DNA of 49,064 nucleotides, taken from contig JAKLHB010000001.1 of assembly GCA_022710345.1 (NCBI GenBank), forward strand, positions 1 to 49,064, written 5' to 3'. Under the pieces are notes generated by a model that was not told the origin of the DNA, made no database searches, and was given only the letters and a program-made list of their open reading frames with translations. Origin of the DNA: Planctomycetota bacterium (lineage in GTDB: Bacteria; Planctomycetota; Uabimicrobiia; Uabimicrobiales; JABWCH01). The position numbers and the translations under genes are program-made. How positions within the stretch are numbered: the first letter of the stretch is position 1; every line of letters starts with the position of its first letter. Positions 45,720-49,064 of the stretch are shown piece by piece.

Positions 45720-48506
45720 ATGTTTCGATTCAAATCATTGGAGTTGATGAACTGGGACTGCTATCCCTATTATAGGGTGCCCTTGGATGGAGATATTATT
45801 CTTTTAGTCGGTCCTAATGGCAGCGGCAAAACTACATTCTTAGATGCGTTGCGAGTGTTGATGAATGGCCAGCGCTTGAGCAAAGGCCGAACTTTACATC
45901 ATTATATTCAAAAAGATGTAGAACTAGCCATGATCAAGGGCGTAGTGACGAACCAATTGGTTGGAACTCGTCGTCCTTTTGCCCATTTAGGTATCTATGG
46001 TGATGTGGATGTATCCTTAATTTGCTTAATCTACAATCACGGTGTTGACAAAATTGAAAAAGAATATTTTATTCTCAAAGGCGATATTCCGGTAGAGCAA
46101 ATCAAAGATTTAAAAGGCAGCTTGCGACCTCTGCAATATTCCAGATATTTAGAAGAAGCCGGAGTTTCGCGCTCCACTCTCAAGCTCATTGCCCTGGAAC
46201 AAGGCCAAACAGACCGCATTGGCCAGCTTGATCCCAATGAGCTCCTGCAATTGGTCATGGATATCACTGGCAATCGAGAAATCATTAAGAAATATGAAGA
46301 AGCAAGATTAAATTATCGAAGATCTTCTCAACAGCTCATTGAGATGCGCACAGAATATAACAAAATTTGCCAGCAGACCCGGCAATTGGAGCAACAGGCC
46401 AAAGAAGCCCAGACTTTCAAAGAACTACTAGGCGAACGAAAGATCATTGAGCAAGAAAAATTACCGCTCGCTCGTTGGTATCATTGCTTAAACCAGATTG
46501 CTCTCGTGGAAACAAGCTATCAAGAAATCCAGCAAAAAAAGATCGCTTTGGAAAAGCGCATTCAGACTATTTTGCAAGAGCAACAAACCCTGCAGGGCAA
46601 AATCACACAAATCGAAAAAGATCAGCAAAGCTTCAAGCAACGCCAACAAGAAAAAGATCAAGAACTCCAGCGTTTGCACCAGCAAATCGGCCAATCCCAA
46701 TCAGAATGGCAGCGATTGGACACCTTACGTCAGCAAGCTGAAGAAGTGCATATTGAGGAAGATCAGGCGACATTACAAAAAGAATTAGATCAATCTAAAG
46801 AACAATATTACCAACTCAAAAATCAGCTAACCCAAGCCCAAGAACAACTTCAATCGCTTCGTAAAGAACGCGATCAAATGAGCCGTAGGAAATTGCCCAG
46901 TTTTCCAGATGAAGTGGATCAATTTCGGGCTGTGCTCCAGCAAAATAAAATTGATCATCTGCTGTTTGCCGAAGGCATTGAAATCACCAATCCCAAGTGG
47001 CAACTTGCAATTGAAGCATTTTTAGGCAGAGAACGTTTTTCAATTGTCGTGCATCCCAAAGATTTTCTACGCGCTAAAAAACTCGGTGAACAACATCGGT
47101 ATGGTTTTTACATTAGCCCTTTTGATTCAAGTGCACTGCCTTCTAAAATTCACCCTAATTCAGCTTTGGCGAATGTTAAACCTTTGGATCCTCGTATTCA
47201 GGGCCGTTTGTCAGGGCTCAATGACATTCTCTTAGTGGATACTGTAGAACAAGGCCATCAATATCCGAATGACATCACCATCACGGTGCAAGGCTATCGC
47301 CAAGATCGCCGCGGCGGTATTTTTATTGCACGCGATGTTCGATTCTATTGCGGTGGTTTAGCCATTGAAAAACAATTGAATGACCTCAATGAACAAATCA
47401 CCACACAAAAAGACCTGGTGGATCGCTTAACAGCCGAACTGCAAAAAATCAACAGTAAGATTCAAGAAAATGAAAAAAAGATGGCTGCATTCCAGATCAT
47501 CACTCAATGGCAAGCATCCCAAAAACGCTATGAAGAGCTGCAAAAACAGGGAGAAGAATTGCTCAGAGTGGTGAAAGAATTGGGCCAACAACGCAACCAA
47601 ATCGCCACAGAATTAGAAGAATTTAGCGAATCCAAAACATCGGTCTTGACAGAACAACGCGAATTGCAACGCGAAAAAGACAGAATTGAGCGAGAACAGC
47701 GACAGTTGGACGATAATCTGCAAGAAAAACAAGAGATGCTCCAACAACTTCGATGGCAAAAAGAAGAACTCAACAAACTCATTCCTGCACCAGGCCAAGC
47801 TGCATATACCCCTGATCAATTGGAAACCCCAGAATGGCTCAATCGCAAACTCCAAGACCTGATCCAAAACATCGAACGCTTCCCAGGCTGCAAAGATTTA
47901 GCCCTGATTCCATTATATGAACATGAACAAAAAGAGCTAGAATCCAAGAAAACACAACTAGACCGCCAAGAACAGGATCAAGAACAGCGCACCCAAGAAC
48001 TCGAACTCTGCCGCAAAGACTATAAAGAAATGATTGACCAGACCATTAACTTTTACAATAAATCTGTCAAAGAATTGGCTATTCTAGCAGGGTGCAAAAT
48101 GCGTGTAGTCCTTGAATGGGGTAAAGGCGAGGCTTTGGTAGAAGATGCCAAGCTCTTTGTCAAAGTAGGCTTTGATCAAAAACATGAAGTGGACATCCAT
48201 GATAAATCACTCTCAGGCGGCCAAGATGTTATTTCAAGCTTGATCTTGCTCATTGGTTTATCCCAAATTGAGGAAGAACGAGGCAGCGGCTTCTTTATCA
48301 TGGACGAACACAATGCCCACTTAGACATGCTCCGCATCATGGAAGTCGGCCGATTCCTGCGCTCTACAAAAGCCCAATTCGTACTCACCACCCCCACGAC
48401 AGAAAACGTCGCAGCCCTTTCTGTGGCGGATTTAATCATGACTTTTAGCAAACGCGATGCACCTTCCCGTTATGCCCCCAAACCAAGGTATATTCGAAGA
48501 ATGTAG
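45720..48506 (+). CDS. SMC-like ABC ATPase (MksB/JetC-like): head - coiled coil - hinge - coiled coil - head
   Basis: Walker A LLVGPNGSGKTTFLDAL. Long Q/E/K-rich coiled coils. Hinge-like WQLAIEAFLGRERFSIVV. Signature LSGGQ. Walker B GFFIMDEH. Confidence 0.8.
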   Translation: MFRFKSLELMNWDCYPYYRVPLDGDIILLVGPNGSGKTTFLDALRVLMNGQRLSKGRTLHHYIQKDVELAMIKGVVTNQLVGTRRPFAHLGIYGDVDVSLICLIYNHGVDKIEKEYFILKGDIPVEQIKDLKGSLRPLQYSRYLEEAGVSRSTLKLIALEQGQTDRIGQLDPNELLQLVMDITGNREIIKKYEEARLNYRRSSQQLIEMRTEYNKICQQTRQLEQQAKEAQTFKELLGERKIIEQEKLPLARWYHCLNQIALVETSYQEIQQKKIALEKRIQTILQEQQTLQGKITQIEKDQQSFKQRQQEKDQELQRLHQQIGQSQSEWQRLDTLRQQAEEVHIEEDQATLQKELDQSKEQYYQLKNQLTQAQEQLQSLRKERDQMSRRKLPSFPDEVDQFRAVLQQNKIDHLLFAEGIEITNPKWQLAIEAFLGRERFSIVVHPKDFLRAKKLGEQHRYGFYISPFDSSALPSKIHPNSALANVKPLDPRIQGRLSGLNDILLVDTVEQGHQYPNDITITVQGYRQDRRGGIFIARDVRFYCGGLAIEKQLNDLNEQITTQKDLVDRLTAELQKINSKIQENEKKMAAFQIITQWQASQKRYEELQKQGEELLRVVKELGQQRNQIATELEEFSESKTSVLTEQRELQREKDRIEREQRQLDDNLQEKQEMLQQLRWQKEELNKLIPAPGQAAYTPDQLETPEWLNRKLQDLIQNIERFPGCKDLALIPLYEHEQKELESKKTQLDRQEQDQEQRTQELELCRKDYKEMIDQTINFYNKSVKELAILAGCKMRVVLEWGKGEALVEDAKLFVKVGFDQKHEVDIHDKSLSGGQDVISSLILLIGLSQIEEERGSGFFIMDEHNAHLDMLRIMEVGRFLRSTKAQFVLTTPTTENVAALSVADLIMTFSKRDAPSRYAPKPRYIRRM

Positions 48507-48560
48507 CTAACCTTGCAACGGTATATTCGAAGAATGTAGCTAACCTTGAAGTGAAACACA

Positions 48561-48594
48561 AAAAGGCACAAAATTGATTTGTGCCTTTTTATTT
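48561..48594 (+). terminator. Rho-independent terminator after the SMC-like gene
   Basis: aaaaggcacaaa-attga-tttgtgcctttt followed by tatttg. Confidence 0.65.
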
Positions 48595-48638
48595 GTGCAT
48601 GCAACTTTGCCAAGAAAACATGCAAAGGAAATATGAGT

Positions 48639-49064
48639 GCTTAGCCGTGCCGCTTAGCATGCTAGAAAACGTCCGATAGCGTCTGCTGGAATTGGCGGGA
48701 GTTGCAAGGAGGTGGAAAGGAGGCAAAAAAAATAAAGCGTGTGCCAATTCAGCAGCGCCCCAGAAATCGTCCAAAGGAAAGTTGCGCGCTTAGCCGTGCT
48801 GCTTTGCAGGCTAGAAAGCGTCCGATAGCGTCTGCTGGAATTGGCGGGAATGGCAAGGAGGTGGAAAGGAGGCAAAAAAAATAAAGCGTGTGTCAATTCA
48901 GCAGCGCCCCAGGAAGCGTCCAAAGGAAAGTTGCGCGCTTAGCCGTGCTGCTTTGCAGGCTAGAAAGCGTCCGATAGCGTCTGCTGGAATTGGCGGGAAT
49001 GGCAAGGAGGTGGAAAGGGAGCCAAAAAAATAAAGCGTGTGCCAATTCAGCAGCGCCCCAGAAA
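48639..49064. repeat. Tandem array of 149-bp noncoding repeat units (at least 2.9 copies, truncated by the window edge)
   Basis: Unit starts (gcttagccgtgc) at 48639, 48788 and 48937. Units 2 and 3 are nearly identical and unit 1 is more diverged. 149 is not a multiple of 3. Confidence 0.9.

Overview
This is a low-GC bacterial chromosomal window, with most genes on the minus strand. All protein family names below come from reading motifs by eye, not from searches.

**Housekeeping backbone**
- Recognisable genes: mutY, serS, maf, der, htrA/degP, miaA, rny.
- Also a 2x[4Fe-4S] ferredoxin, an SDR oxidoreductase, a DHH phosphoesterase and two Hanks-type Ser/Thr kinases with helical-repeat tails.
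- One kinase runs off the left edge of the window. It and the ferredoxin are missing from the supplied ORF track.

**Accessory content**
1. **Defence-type operon (17.5-26.5 kb).** Seven same-strand genes: an SNF2-type helicase (HTH at the N-terminus, nuclease-like domain at the C-terminus), a DUF1156 methylase, and a DUF499 ATPase.
   - The methylase is reduced to a frameshifted remnant of about 250 codons.
   - An MNT/HEPN pair and two orphan YgiT-type zinc-finger genes are embedded in the operon.
   - The operon is bracketed by ~200-bp inverted copies of an unclassified, hairpin-rich repeat.
   - The same repeat forms a tandem array (16.6-17.4 kb) that carries consensus-like promoters and a 100-bp MITE-like insertion.
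2. **Secreted-protein cluster (27.6-33.2 kb).** It carries PEP-CTERM and Gly/Cys-rich C-terminal sorting signals.
3. **A 922-aa ATPase (33.5-36.2 kb).** A lysine-rich, histone-H1-like repeat tail is fused to an ATPase and a C-terminal nuclease-fold region.
4. **A compact three-gene set (43.4-48.5 kb).** Kleisin-like, KITE-like and SMC-like genes resembling MksFEB/JetABC, with no JetD-like gene visible.
5. **Tandem repeats at the right edge.** At least three 149-bp noncoding repeat units follow the SMC-like gene and run off the window.

The most unusual signal is the structured repeat family flanking a methylase-less helicase/ATPase island.
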